From contig JAMWBK010000011.1 in assembly GCA_029953675.1 (NCBI GenBank), positions 558,001 to 622,000 on the forward strand: a DNA stretch of 64,000 nt, in the 5' to 3' direction. The stretch is from Rhodosorus marinus CCMP1338. Its lineage: Eukaryota; Plantae; Rhodophyta. This document shows positions 44,694 through 57,222 of this stretch, in pieces (position 1 is the stretch's first letter; each line of letters opens with the position of its first letter). A program made the translations under genes and the position numbers. The notes under the pieces are model-generated. The model saw nothing but the letters and a program-made list of their open reading frames with translations. It made no database searches and was not told where the DNA came from.

Positions 44694-46796
44694 CCGCGGT
44701 ACCGACCAAAAAACACCCAAAATCCCCCCTCCCCTTCCCACCTCCCTTTTCCTCCAAAGCCTACAATAACCTCTATTTTATACCAAATCCCTCCGCAATA
44801 CAACCTCCTCAAGCTCCTCCCCTTCCACAGCCAGCTGCCCGTCAAGCGCCCATTCCGCTTCTCTTTCAACCCTTTTAAGGTTCCCGCAATTCCTCACCGG
44901 TTCGCCATCATCTTCCAAAGTGCACGAAAAGGGAGTTTTGAGAGAAGAAGTGACGTCTCCCATCACCAAACTTCTTTGAAAATATCGAGGAAGGGGGGTT
45001 TCTAAATTGGTCGGGAAGGCCATGTTTCTCCTTGTTTTATAATAAATAAAAGGGTTTGGGTGAATGTCGCGGTCCGGGGACAGGCCTTAAAAGTGGGCGG
45101 AATTTGCCAGAAAGATGTAAGGACGGATATTGAACGGACCAGATTAGAGACGGGCTGAGTGTGCTTCTTGTTAAACAGGGGGGGGAGATGGGAATGTTGG
45201 AGCTGTTTTACGACGAATTTGTTTCGGATATCGGATTCGTTTGTGGTGTTTGGATTTCGTCTGGAGGGGGTGACTCTGTGGTTACGATTGCGCGTCGTAC
45301 ATTGATAGACGGGAAGTGGAGGCAAAACTGCCAACTCCAAGGGGTAGTGGTTCCTGGAAAAATCTAAAAATAGAGAGTTTTTCTATCCGTTTGGGGAAAA
45401 GACAGATTTAGGGGGGACATGAATTTGGGGGTCACAATTTTCCCCAACGAACCTCATTTAGGTTGGAATATTATGTAATATCTTTTCGTTCTCAAGAGTT
45501 TTATTGGCTGATCACTTGGGAGATAACCAATCAAGAGGGGTTAACTTTTTCGGCAAGCCTTGAACCCCTCGTAAATTTCCTCCATTCTAAGTTTCCAATA
45601 CCTCTTTTTTCTTCTATAATATTTAATCGAGCAATTGTTCGGATCTTAGCTTCCCCCCTCAATTTCCGCTCCTTGTAGTCGTTCTGCGGCTTCACCTCGA
45701 TTAAGATATTCAACTCAGATCTTCTAATATCTAAAAATTTCCACAGCAAAGTATCCCTATTTGGTGGGGCGCGAAGTAGGTTCTTCTCGGTCTCAACGAT
45801 TGGATACAGGAATATACCGTTCACCAATAATCGTCCTTATTCGATCTAATTTCTGCAATCACATGACGATTCGTATCTCCGGATCAGAATTTTCTTCTTA
45901 AACGATCACGATTCCGAAAAATCAATCATTGCCCACCGATTGATTTTTCATTTTTACGAAAGAACCAAATTAGAAAAATTCACTAACTCTCTCAATGATA
46001 ATTGGTATTGTTCATTTAAAAGTCCCAATTAAATAAGATGAAGATCAATCCAAACTTCTTATTGTCCAATAAATGAAAGGAAGGGATCATGGCTTACATA
46101 AATAATTATATCTTGTAGAAAACAAATGAGGACTTTCGTTCAGCGTCAAGATGAATGAGTGACCAATACTTCACAACGCTGAGGGTTTGCAGTCTGCGCT
46201 TGCTTATCGGTTTGTCCCACTAGCTAAGGAGGTCTTTGGAGTCTTAGTTAGGTCTGGGGGTACCTGGATGTGGGAGTGTCACCGCGACCGTCCTAATGCT
46301 TCTTTCCGGCTGTTTTTGGGGGGGGTCTGATTCACTGGTATGCCCTCTGCCATGTACTACTCCGGTAGTTTTGGGCTCTCTCTGCGGCCTTCCTAGAGTA
46401 CCTCCTTCGGGACCGTAGCCTCCGATTTAACCGTTCGGCTTCTCAACATGGTGGTATTTGTTCAGCTTTACAGCGACCGCCTTTCAATGTTCAGTGAATA
46501 AGTCAAGTGGAACGTACACGGTAACGCAGTGTTGGTATCTCCGTTGAAGCTTCGCTTTGACTCTCGGTTCGGAGGGTCCCACTTCAGTTCGTATGCCAAA
46601 CCGCGGAAAGGGCACACGCACGCACTTGACCTGTTGGTAGTGATGCTGTGCGTCCATATTGGTCGATGGCGTTGTGATATTGTTTTAGTACGCGTACTTC
46701 TTGTTACTCACCACTACCAAAGGTGAAGCACTCAAAAAAGGGACGTTGAAGCGTATGATTGCTCTCCTCATATCTCGCTAGGTCAAGCCCGGGGAG

Positions 46797-47303
46797 TCAG
46801 GATTGGAGGTTGCGATGTGCAACATCACTTTGGTTGGAGCTTTTGTGAATCGACGGGGAAGGCAAATGCAAAGTATACATTGCGAGAACAGAGAAGAGTC
46901 TACTTTTAGTTTGGAGTACCCTTGCGGATGAGATGTCTTGGACTTGGCGAGATCCTCCAAGCTGGAACGCATGTCGCAAGGCTAGAAGGTCGACCTGTAG
47001 CCGCTTGTCGGTGAGAGATTTCTCTGTTGCCATTGTGTTCAGGTTCACGAGCACCAAGCATACTTGGATCTTCAGATCGGCCTGTGGCAAACACATTTGC
47101 TTACGCTGGTGGAGACGCCGGACGACATGTGAACCATACCCTTCACTGAGCACTGACTCTATCGTTGTAAATTGTTCAGAGATCCAGCTCCATTCTTGAC
47201 CCGCATCGATGCCAATAGTCTGCGGGGAAAGTCGCTCAGTATGTTGCTTCCAAGTCTCTGCGCAAACGGTCACCGCTAGTTGTCGGCTTTGAGCGGCGCT
47301 CAA
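46797..47303 (-). CDS. Possible coding exon or gene fragment of unknown function
   Basis: 168-codon open frame with globular-protein-like composition. No ATG start or family identified. Confidence 0.25.
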   Translation of the reverse strand: MSAAQSRQLAVTVCAETWKQHTERLSPQTIGIDAGQEWSWISEQFTTIESVLSEGYGSHVVRRLHQRKQMCLPQADLKIQVCLVLVNLNTMATEKSLTDKRLQVDLLALRHAFQLGGSRQVQDISSARVLQTKSRLFSVLAMYTLHLPSPSIHKSSNQSDVAHRNLQS

Positions 47304-47713
47304 CCGGCATGACGACGAAGCAGCGTTGTGGTCTGAGGGGAAGATGCTAAGTCCATGCTTCCCAAGCAGAAAGACTTGCAGAGATGCTCAAATCGGGCTG
47401 CCTGGTGGCGCCGCGCCGTTGAGCTACCATAGCCGAGGTAGGGCTTGCGTGCTCAGGACAAATAAATAAATGACAGGAAGACCACTGCTTGCGTCCTGCT
47501 GTTCTTGAGCGGCCTCGAAAATCTCAGGGGTACTTGAACCTGCGGCTGCTCTGTAGTCATCAATAGTGCACCCGGGTTATCACAGGTGTGCTCTACAAGT
47601 CTTGCTCGCTGATTCCGTTCCAGGGGGTATGTCTATTTCCGCTTACGGGCCTGATGTAATAGGTTCGTGAACAATCTATATTTATATAAATATTTTGTCT
47701 ATACACATGTCCC

Positions 47714-48325
47714 TTAAGCGACACTTGGCCCGGAGTAAATCTCCGCGTTGCCCATAACGCCAGCATATTCGTTTTGCATCTCCCTCTTCTGCTTCTCGAG
47801 TTGCTCTAACTCGACCTCAAGGTCCTTCAATGCTAGACAGAGCTGGTCGCGATAAACTGTATCCTTCATTCTCCTCGCGGCGGCTGAGTCTCTGTTGCAA
47901 ATGAGACGACGGGCGTACGACAAATCCACTTCTTGGTCCTCGCTCTGCTCCAAAAACTTGTTCAACTCTGCATCACGTGCCCTCTTTCTCTTCAAGAATT
48001 TCTTCTTCCTCTCCCCTTCCGCTACAAAATCCGCCTTCTCCACCGCGGTTTCTTCCGCCACCTCCTCGGCTTTCTCGAGCTTTTCGAGCTTCTCGCTCTT
48101 GAAAAAATCCTCCAAGAGGAACAGATTCTGCAGGTCAATATCTCCCTTCCACTCCCCACACCCATTCGACTCCGGTGTTATCTCATCAGCTCCGTACTCC
48201 CAGCAACCCCGAGTCCTGTCCGACCCAGAACCACTGCTCACCTCCGTCGCCACGTCCGCCACGTCCGCCACATCCGTAACGTTCGACGGCAGCAGCTCAA
48301 ACCCCAAATCCAGTCCACCCTCCAT
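47714..48325 (-). CDS. bZIP-like transcription factor (203 aa)
   Basis: RRLICNRDSAAARRMK keeps N-x7-R and is followed by the heptads L-CLALKD-L-EVELEQ-L-EKQKRE-M. ATG at 48325. Confidence 0.7.
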   Translation of the reverse strand: MEGGLDLGFELLPSNVTDVADVADVATEVSSGSGSDRTRGCWEYGADEITPESNGCGEWKGDIDLQNLFLLEDFFKSEKLEKLEKAEEVAEETAVEKADFVAEGERKKKFLKRKRARDAELNKFLEQSEDQEVDLSYARRLICNRDSAAARRMKDTVYRDQLCLALKDLEVELEQLEKQKREMQNEYAGVMGNAEIYSGPSVA

Positions 48326-51300
48326 TATCTCCTTTCCCCCTCCTTTCCAAATACAAAAACCCAACTCCAAAACGACTCTTCCAATCCCCTTCAGTCCCTC
48401 GTAAGCTCCCCCCAAACCCGTTCCACCCCCCACAACCCCCCCACCAGAAGCAGATCCATATATAGATAAATCCTTCTCTCCCTCCCAGACGAAACTAATG
48501 GCCACCCCTCTCAAAATCCCCTTATTCGCCACAACTATCAGAAAAGCCTAAAGAACGACTCAAAATCCACCTTTTTGGGATCCCCTCAACCTGTGAGTTT
48601 GTTCACTGTGATATGCAGGCCATATTTTCGATGTCATGCTCTACCCACCCCCACCTCTTCCCCAACTTTCTGAATTCCGAGCTACCTAAGAATCAAGGCC
48701 TCATCAACCCCCATCAAAGTAGTATCCCGCATGAACCGAAATACCCTCTTTTTAAAATTTATATTAACCTCTTTGAATTTTACCGGCCTTAACCCTACCC
48801 CTCCGTTCTTCAGAAAAGATTGGAAACCCTCGTCTTGCCTCGTTCGCGTGGCAAGCCTGGGGAACTTTCGGTATTGATGGCCCCGCATGAAGGGCTTTCG
48901 CCAATCATATTGACACTATTTTAAGTTTCTAACCATTAAAAAACGTTTACGTCGAATAATCTATAGTTAAATTATTTTTATATGACGTGTGTTATCTGAC
49001 TATTGGATTATGTATCTTTTTACCGACAGTATCTTCACGTTCATTCGTGCTCCTCAAAGCTTTTTTTCTTTAAAATATTCCAAAACGAATTACTTAACTT
49101 ATTCAAAACCAGCCTAAGTAGGGGTAGCCAAACTCCGTATTGATTGCATAGTTTTGCATATTTACAAAATACATAGATCATTCAATCAATGTTACTTCAA
49201 ACAGGTCATTACTCCTCATGGCGAACAAGCATGCCACCCCCCCCCCCCCCACCCAAACCCCTTTTTTTGTCGCTTATTATTAGTTCGTACCGTGAAGAAC
49301 AACAGAACAGTAAGCGACAAAGCCGGATTCGACGAAAAGCCGCCCATTTCATTATAAGTTGTCATGTTCGTTAATACACGCCAACTTATTATTTTTCAGA
49401 GTGCGTTTTTCTGTCTCATACAGAAAGTTTACAACCAGCAGCGTGCAACAGGCCGTTAAAATGACTGCACAACAGTACGATATTGATTGATAGAAAGCCA
49501 GTAAATGTATAAAACACACGAAAAAAATGATTTCAATCAAGTTTAGACAACAATCTAATAATACCTCCGCGCCACTCCCATACCCGCACTGCATGACCTC
49601 TCAACATCGTGTCAGGACTGCATCCGTGGAAACCGCCATGACGGTGGTTGGGGGGATGCCGTCAGGCACATTTTCTCCGTCTGGATTGCTCTTGGAAAAA
49701 GCTGAATGCAATCTTTGAAGGGGAAATTCAGCAACAAATGGGGAAAAAAAGTACTGACGAGAATTTTCTGTTTTTTTTCTGAGGCTTTGTTTCGGGGGAG
49801 GGGAACTTGGGTGCAATCGGGGGATCTCCCTTGTATCTGGTTGTTCAGGCAGTCTGGTTTGCATCTTCCTCTTTCAGCTTGTTTTCGTCCAGAGTGTGTT
49901 ACTGTCAGCAATGAGGTTTGGGGGAGGGTGTTTGCTTTCAACGCGACTTTGGATCGGTGGCGGACAGCAGAACGGCTTGGGGGGATTATCATTGACGTGA
50001 GTGGTGGATGTATCTCGTGAGTACGTGTGGAAGCTGGCAAAATCGATCTGGTTTGGATCTGCCCTTTTGTCCCGAGTGCGTCATTGTCAGGAATGGGCTG
50101 GTTCACTGCTGCGCGAGTTGGATCGACTGCGGACATCAGCACGGTTTGCGTAGTCGTAATTTGGGGTTAGATGATGTGCGGTGGATCCCGATATATTTAG
50201 TGTTCGTGCACGTTTTTGCCGAGGCCGGTAAAATCGATATGGTTCGGATTCTCTTTTTGCCCGTCAGTCCTTATCAGCAATATACGGTTTACTTCTGGGC
50301 GAGTTGGATCGAGCGCGGGCATCAGACGGTTTTGGTGACCGTGATTTGGTCCGCGGGAGGCGCCGCCCACATCCGAAAGGTTCCGGACGAAGCGTCGGGA
50401 GTAGGCCAGAATACCCACAACCGAGCAAGTTCCTTTCACCGTGAGAGCGAGCAAGTCCTTGGGTTTTTTGACCCGTAACACCTGCATGGATCAGATATTC
50501 AAAGGGTGCCCAAACTGGCCAAAACTGTGGTTTTCGATGTCTCTCTCCTCGTCGCCTTTTTAGTCGCAGGCAGTAGCATCGGAAAGGAAATCCAAACAGG
50601 GCAGGATGTTTCAGGACAAAGCGGTGAGTCCATGTACGCGCGCGCGACGATCAGTACTTGGAGTTATGGACAGATAGTCTTCAAATCTGGACTGAGTTTA
50701 TCAGTCCATGGATGCCAAATTTTCTAAGGAAAAGCAAAAAAGCTCGAAAATCTAGATCTACGGAGATGGCATATTTTATCCGTTCTGATACGTTTTTTGA
50801 GTTTTACAGTCAAGGTCCGTACATAAAAGGAATATTCTACGCTCTATTGGCCTTAAATATAGTATCTCCTATAAAAAAGTATAAAATTCTTAAATGGCCC
50901 CACATAAAATTAGGGTCCCGCAGCTGGGTATAATGTTGCTTGCGTCCTTGGCCTGGCCTGTCCGGGGTGAACTGTTGCAGCACAAACGGCCAGACTTTCT
51001 CATCCATCGTCGCCGAACTGTGCAGCCGTTCCATCCTCCTTGATTGGCAGATTTCACAGTCCGAGTTTTACCTAACCAGAGCCCGAAAATTGCCAATCCT
51101 TTCCGTGAGCCGCAATAGCTTGTGGCAAGGTTTCTAAATCCCTCACGGCTGATGACGTCGAGGCATATAGCTTTATGTAGACAGTATCTGGTTGGAAACT
51201 CCAGACAGAATCCCGCCAGAGTGTTGGGATTTGACCCTGACCAAACAAAGAGGAGCACTTGTTGATGAGAACACGCTCCCTGAATTTAGGAACTGACAAC

Positions 51301-51902
51301 CGCGCACCCGATTAACAGCAGGGAAACAAACAAGAACCGGCTCGGCCTAAGACAAGCACAGCAAGATGACATGCCGCTGCGGATCCGAGAGGGCCTGGCG
51401 AACATCGCCACGCTAAGGGACTTTCGATCTTAGACATAAAGCCAAAATCTTGCAGCGACGATGGCTTGGCTACTACCCCTATGTCGCTTGCGGCTCAAAA
51501 GTCGATTCAGGTCGATCGGAAAGGAGGCTTACGAGGCAATTTCCTAGCAGAATGGATGTGGAGCTAGCTTCAGGAGCTATTCCTCAATCCCGTCTTAAGC
51601 AGTCTAGATTTTTTCTTATAGAAGGCTAACCTACCCAGTGGAGGTTGCGATCAGCTTTCTTCTACCCCCCGGGTATTTGGTGAAGCTCTAGTCGATCCAG
51701 GTCGGAAGGCAGGACGAGGATGTCATCTTCGCTGATATCAGATCTGAAACTGGATTGAGAGGGCATTCGCTTGAAGCCTCCTCAGTTCGTTGTGAACGTT
51801 TTTGGATTTTGGAGGATCTGTTGGACGATGATGTACGCAGTGGAGGTGGGATGATTGGTGTGGATTGCCGGCCAGGGTCAGTAGGGAGGTTAGGGGATCG
51901 GC

Positions 51903-53558
51903 ATGGATGGAGAGGTCCGGCTTGATGAAGCGTTCTGCGGTCCTGTTTTATTGGTGGCCAAGGCTTCGGGGCCTGGATCGAACGGGAGGTGTGCGAGATC
52001 TGGCCTGAGGAAGATCGCCAAGGTCGCGACCTGCGTCGTGCTGAGCGTGGGCGGCTTTCGGGGCCCCGCGGCAGCTGCCGCGAGCGCGGAGGAGAGCGTA
52101 AATCATCGACCTTTTATAGAGAAAAGAGTTGCGGCAGCAGCTGTAGGGACGATTGTAGTCGGTGGTGCAGTAGCTGGCGTATCACTTGCTCGTCGCGAAA
52201 CCGGAGGAGATGACGGTACGCGTGTCCAAGCAATTCGCGATCAGGATCAAGCGTCATCCCGGACACCTCTCAGTCTTTGTAATTTGGTTTCTTTTCCTGC
52301 AAAACCAGTCACTCGAGCCGCCCGCTGGGCCCGAAGAGTCCTTGACGAGACTTGGCTATCCAAGAAACGGAGATCCGCGGCCACGGATTTAGTACCACCG
52401 CAGGATGATTCATCTGTTGGCAGCTTTCTTGTACCAGTAACCAACGACCTTCAGAAAGCCATTCAAGGGGTAAGGCATATACGCCTCACGCAACACGCAA
52501 ATCTAACAAACACGCGCAGCGGACTAAATCTCCGAATATCTCCAAGACCTTGGAAGGAGAGCCTTCAAGCACAGTCCAGGAGACTATAAAGAAGCTCGGC
52601 TACTCCAAGAAAAAAGCCAAGACAGCCTTCAGAAGGTTCGGCAGGGCTCAGGTATCCAAAATCATCGACCGAATAGCTCGAAACATCGACTCGGACGACT
52701 TCACGACGCTGGCCAGCCTCAACGTTCTGGCGGCGGTCCTGGGGAGGCTGCGCGAAGTCGGTAGGGAGTGCTTCTCGACTCCGCCAGAGATAAGCTACGC
52801 CGGTACAGCACTCCAGCCCGCAGATGTCCAGAAGCTGTACAGAAGATATGTCGGGTTCTGCTTGTCAACCGAGCAGAGGCTGCGCGAGGATTACGAGACT
52901 CTGAAAGCGCTCCGTGTAAGATCCCTCACACCCTTGAGTGCACAGCAGTCTTCCTCCTCGAAACGACGATCTGAAAGAACATTCTCGTTCTTTTTTGGGG
53001 GCCAGGTTTGCCTTGGGATGGAGGAGGCCCAGGCTCAGGAGATCATTGCAGAGATGGCCAAGTCGATCTTCCAAGTCGCAATCTCGTCAGTGATGTACAA
53101 GGGAACGCTAAGCATTGAGCGACGAGATGAGCTCACTAGGCTCCGAACGAGCTTCTCAACGGTTCTCGATGAGGAAGTATTGGATAAGATCATCTCCGAG
53201 GTCAGCGTGATGCGGGTACTTCATGAGCTTCAGAAGTTGATTCATGAGGAAAACGTTGGCCAAGAGGTGAGCGAAACGTGTCTCAAGCTTTCATCGTCCG
53301 GCTGGGAGAACTAGAAGCCAGACCAGCTCAGGGCCATTCTATCTCCCTTTCTGCTCTCCCGCTGCGTAGAAACTCGATGAGTTGCAAACTATGTGTAAAG
53401 ATCTCGACGTTAGAGTTGAGGAGGTACTGCAGAGTGTGAACGATCTGGCATCGGCGCTCGGTCCAGAAGCAAAGGAGTTTGTCGAATCCTTGAAGGCACT
53501 GCTCTCCGGTGCCACCTCCTCGGATGCGGAAGGAAGAGTAAACCAGAGTCCGCGGTGA
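51903..53558 (+). CDS. Multi-exon hypothetical protein, probably plastid-targeted, with a TM segment and a helical domain
   Basis: Ala/Gly-rich N-terminus, a hydrophobic stretch VAAAAVGTIVVGGAVAGVSLA, and open frames 52550-53314 and about 53379-53558 linked by GT-AG introns. Exact exon boundaries unresolved. Confidence 0.55.
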
Positions 53559-53690
53559 GAATCCAATAGGGAAAGAGTTACGTAGATGTGCCGTTGTCAT
53601 GGCAAGAGTCCGTGATATTGTAATGTGTTTAGATCAGAATGTAAAAACGAAGAGATTTTGTAGATGTTCAGATGCTCCGCTTTCGCTTCC

Positions 53691-54295
53691 CTATTCCATA
53701 TCAACATCCTCAGACTCTTTCTGCTGCTCGTTCGAGGTAGAGGGATCTGTTGATGTTGTCATCATGTTGGCAATGTAATTATTGATCTGGTAGGTAGTCG
53801 ACCCGTCGCCGCTAACGAGGGTTCCGGACTTGACGTGCGTCTAGTGTATGAAGGACCGAGGTTTTTGGAAATGGATTTAGGAAAGTAACAAAAACCACAT
53901 TTGAGGACGGGCAAGTATGATTTTCAGGTCAGCTTTTTACCTCCATGAGTATTTTGTGCAACAGTTTGAAAGCTTCCGGATTACTTTCTTCACTTTCCGG
54001 CATCGTTTCTGGCAGTTCCCCTAGCTCAAGCTGACAGTGGATGTTATGGCGACAGGAGACATAGCGTGTGTATGTATGTGAGCGAGCTAGTGAAACGATA
54101 ATTCAAATTGAATCAGGTGTATCCAACCTCAGAAGCTGTGCTTCGTAGAACATCCCAGTTCAAACGTTTCAGCATGTGTTCGATAAACTCCCCACTGTAC
54201 TCCGTCTCTACAGTCTCCACCTCAGTCGGCACCAGCCTCATCGGGTAAGACTTTGACCTCGGACACTGCATAAAGTTGTGGGTGAGGATTCTCAT
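53691..54295 (-). CDS. TRM112: Multifunctional methyltransferase activator subunit TRM112; 2 introns
   Basis: Spliced product MRILTHNFMQCP..YPMRL..EFIEHMLKRLNWDVLRSTASE/LELGELPE..KLLHKILME/THVKSGTLVSGDGSTTYQINNYIANMM follows the Trm112 pattern. Confidence 0.9.
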
Positions 54296-54548
54296 CTTGG
54301 CTCCTTGCAAAACAGTCCTTTCAGACTACTCAATGCACAGCTCCCGAGCAAACCCGCCGCCTCGTCCCCAATCTAACCAGCCTAACCGCCTGTGCGGGGA
54401 TGGGTTCCCAATGTACACTCCTCCAGGTTTGGATCTATTTGGTTCTTTACCAGACCGACGATGGTTTGCGTCTATTCCGTCTCTTTTGTTAAAACCTTTT
54501 TTCGTCTTATCAACTCTATAGACTGAAAGAGAGACAATAAAAAGGATT

Positions 54549-54621
54549 TCTCATCGCCAGGTTTCGATCCTGGGACCGCTGGGTTATGAGCCCAGCACGC
54601 TAACCGCTGCGCCACGATGAG
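54549..54621 (-). tRNA. tRNA-Met (CAT), eukaryotic initiator type
   Basis: Cloverleaf CTCATCG/CGATGAG, anticodon arm CTGGG-CTCATAA-CCCAG with three consecutive G:C pairs, T-loop GATCGAAA (A54/A60), and a downstream T5. Confidence 0.93.
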
Positions 54622-55902
54622 ATAATTGAGATGAGGGATTTTATATTGTTCATATCGTCAACAGGATACGTCGAATGAGGTTTGTCAGTAAGTTTGGAGC
54701 TAGGAGCTGCATGTTTGGAATGTAGAGGTCTTCTCAAACCGTTTTTGTTCTTAGAAAAGTCAAACAATCTGTCCAAAGAAGCTAATGTAAAGGAGTTATC
54801 TACAGGAAGTGTGAGCGGATCTTGTTGGTCTTTCGACCTTAAAGTGCTTGTGTTTCATCCTCTCAGAATCCCCGACCGCCGCGCAGGTTCGTGCTGAGAT
54901 GGATTGGGCTGCCTGTTGCCTTTAACCCCTTCGGAGGGGTTCCAAGACTATGACTCACGGTCTAAGTGGTCAAGCTTAGTGGGTTTCTGGTGCCTGAGAG
55001 CTGAGAGGACACCAAAAGCGTTCGTGATTCCCTTCTAGTGCGCGGACTTTGGTGATGGGGAACGGCAGGGTGGGGAGAATGAAGACTCTTTATAAATGAG
55101 TTTCTTTTTCTCTTGCTGGGTTCGGAGTACCTTTATTTCCATATGCGCTTTCGCTTGCTTCACATGGAGCAGGTCATGCTGTTCAAGTACTCATCCTTCC
55201 TCTCCTTCATCACACAGAAAAATCGCCTTCTACATGGCATGCGGAGGGGAGAACAGTTGCAAAGCCGGCGAAGAACGCTTGAAGCGGTCGCCCGCGATTA
55301 CCTAAGGGCTGTCGAGGTCTCCTGAAGGAACCGTGAAGGTGCTTCGAAGGACGGTTTCCGTTTGGAGATGGGGTTTCGGCACCCTCTAGGCGAGAGTGAC
55401 TTCATCCACAATCTCGTCTGTCCTGATAGTATTCGGTCTTTCTCGGAGCTTACAACCTGGACTATATTGAGCTCATAATATGACAAGCGAGAGAGCGGAT
55501 GAATGAAGTCCCTCACCGCGGAGCGCGGTGCTGAAAACAAGCTGCTTCAAACACGGAAACCGTGCATGAACACAGACAAGCGGGGATCTCGACATGCACG
55601 GCCTCTACAACCAGCATTCTGACCGCCCACGCGCTATCACATATTTTCCATCAGCACCCATCAACCCGGCTGCAAAGGTTCGACTAAGGCCCTCTCTTTA
55701 ACTTCTGACACCCCAACGGCTTCGAAATGTAGTTTTCCTATGAGACAGCAATGGGACAAGGAGACGTGAGGAAAGCTTGCTTAGGATCGACTGTGGAGTG
55801 TACGCAGGAAGGCAGTTAAGCTTTTGGCTGTTGTGGAAGATTTGAGTTGGAAGCGAGGGCTGTCTCTAAGCTCACTGGACTACTGGGTGACTGCAATACG
55901 AG

Positions 55903-56453
55903 ATGAGAATCGTTGGAATTTCTGGATCTCTGCGTCGGGCGTCCGCGAACTCTGGATTGCTGAGGGTCGCCCGGGAGCTGTCGCCGCCTGATGTGGAATT
56001 TGTGATCGCCGATATTTCTAGGCTTCCGCTGCTGAACCAGGACCTGGAGAAGCCTAGTCCACCGAAGGAGGTGGTTGAAGTCAAGGACGTCGTCGCGACT
56101 GCGGATGCTATCTTCCTTGCGGTTCCCGAGTACAACTTCCGATGACCGCGGCTATGAAGAACGCGATCGACTGGGCCTCGAGACCTCCCAATGTGCTCGA
56201 CAGCAAGCCTTTCGCAATGGGAAGCTGTGCAGGTGGGGCAGGTGGCGCACATGCACAGCTCGCGGTCAGAAACGCTGCCGTTTTCGCGAACATGCACGCG
56301 ATGAACAAGCCCCCACTGAGCTTCAAGCTCTTCGACGGGTCTGTTTCCTGGGACTTGGAAACTGGCGATATCACGGACGAGAAAGCACGAGAGAGGATCA
56401 GGGCACAAGTTGTGGCGCTAGTCGCCTTTGCTGAAGAGTTTCATAAACCATAG
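55903..56453 (+). pseudogene. NADPH-dependent FMN reductase (flavodoxin-like) with a single 1-nt deletion; pseudogene or assembly indel
   Basis: GISGSLRRASANSGL...PEYNF in one frame and MTAAMKNAIDW... in the -1 frame (AAC TTC CG ATG versus AAC TTT TCC ATG in the paralog). Otherwise intact. Confidence 0.8.
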
Positions 56454-57222
56454 AGTAGTTCGATGCCACACATTTGCTCCTCTTCCTCTAAAGACCTGAC
56501 GTTGCTTTTGTCCCGATACGCAGTCCTTGGTCACTCTGAAACTTAAAAACGATCTGCAGAAACGGGAGGGTTCTGGTGCTGAAGTTCAAACCGCCAGAAC
56601 AGGGCTCAGTGCATCAACGACCTGAGCCGATACGCAGCTCCTTCGCGATCACTGATCGGCGGATCGCGTGCGGGTTCGGCTATCGAGCATCAGTTGTTAT
56701 TGAAGTGCCGAAGCTAAGGGCAACTCAAGAGTGTGCAGATATAGCGCTCATGTCACAAGCGATCCGATCTGCAATGCAGATTCTCTCGCTCAATGCTTCA
56801 ACCTCACATGAGTTACAGTTTTCTGGCCAGTCCAGCCTGATCAGTTTGCAAACACACTGTCAGAACTATCTTACGGGAGCTAGTCCCCAGACTGGGATTC
56901 CCGAGAAGTGGGGGTGATCAATTTAGCGGCCACGAGGACGACAAAAAACTCGAGCTCCGTTCCTCTTCTCTGTCGATTCTAAATAAAGCCTCTCCATCAG
57001 TAAGACTAATCACTGTCAACTAGGTGGCGATATGATGAGTCCAGCAGACGCTTTAGCTCCCATCGGCTGCTCTACTGATCAATCAGTTCGGATTGTACGA
57101 GTGACCCGCTCAGAGGATCAGGCGGCCGGAGATCTTCCGTGATCGGTGCTTTTGGAAGGTGCAAAGGGTTTAGTCATAGTGGAGTTCCGTGCGGGCCCCG
57201 ATACAACCGAAGAACGGAAATT

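Noticed and set aside
56120-56150. Programmed ribosomal frameshift in the FMN reductase
   Set aside because: No slippery heptamer or evident stimulatory structure, and the paralog is in frame; a simple deletion or error is more parsimonious.
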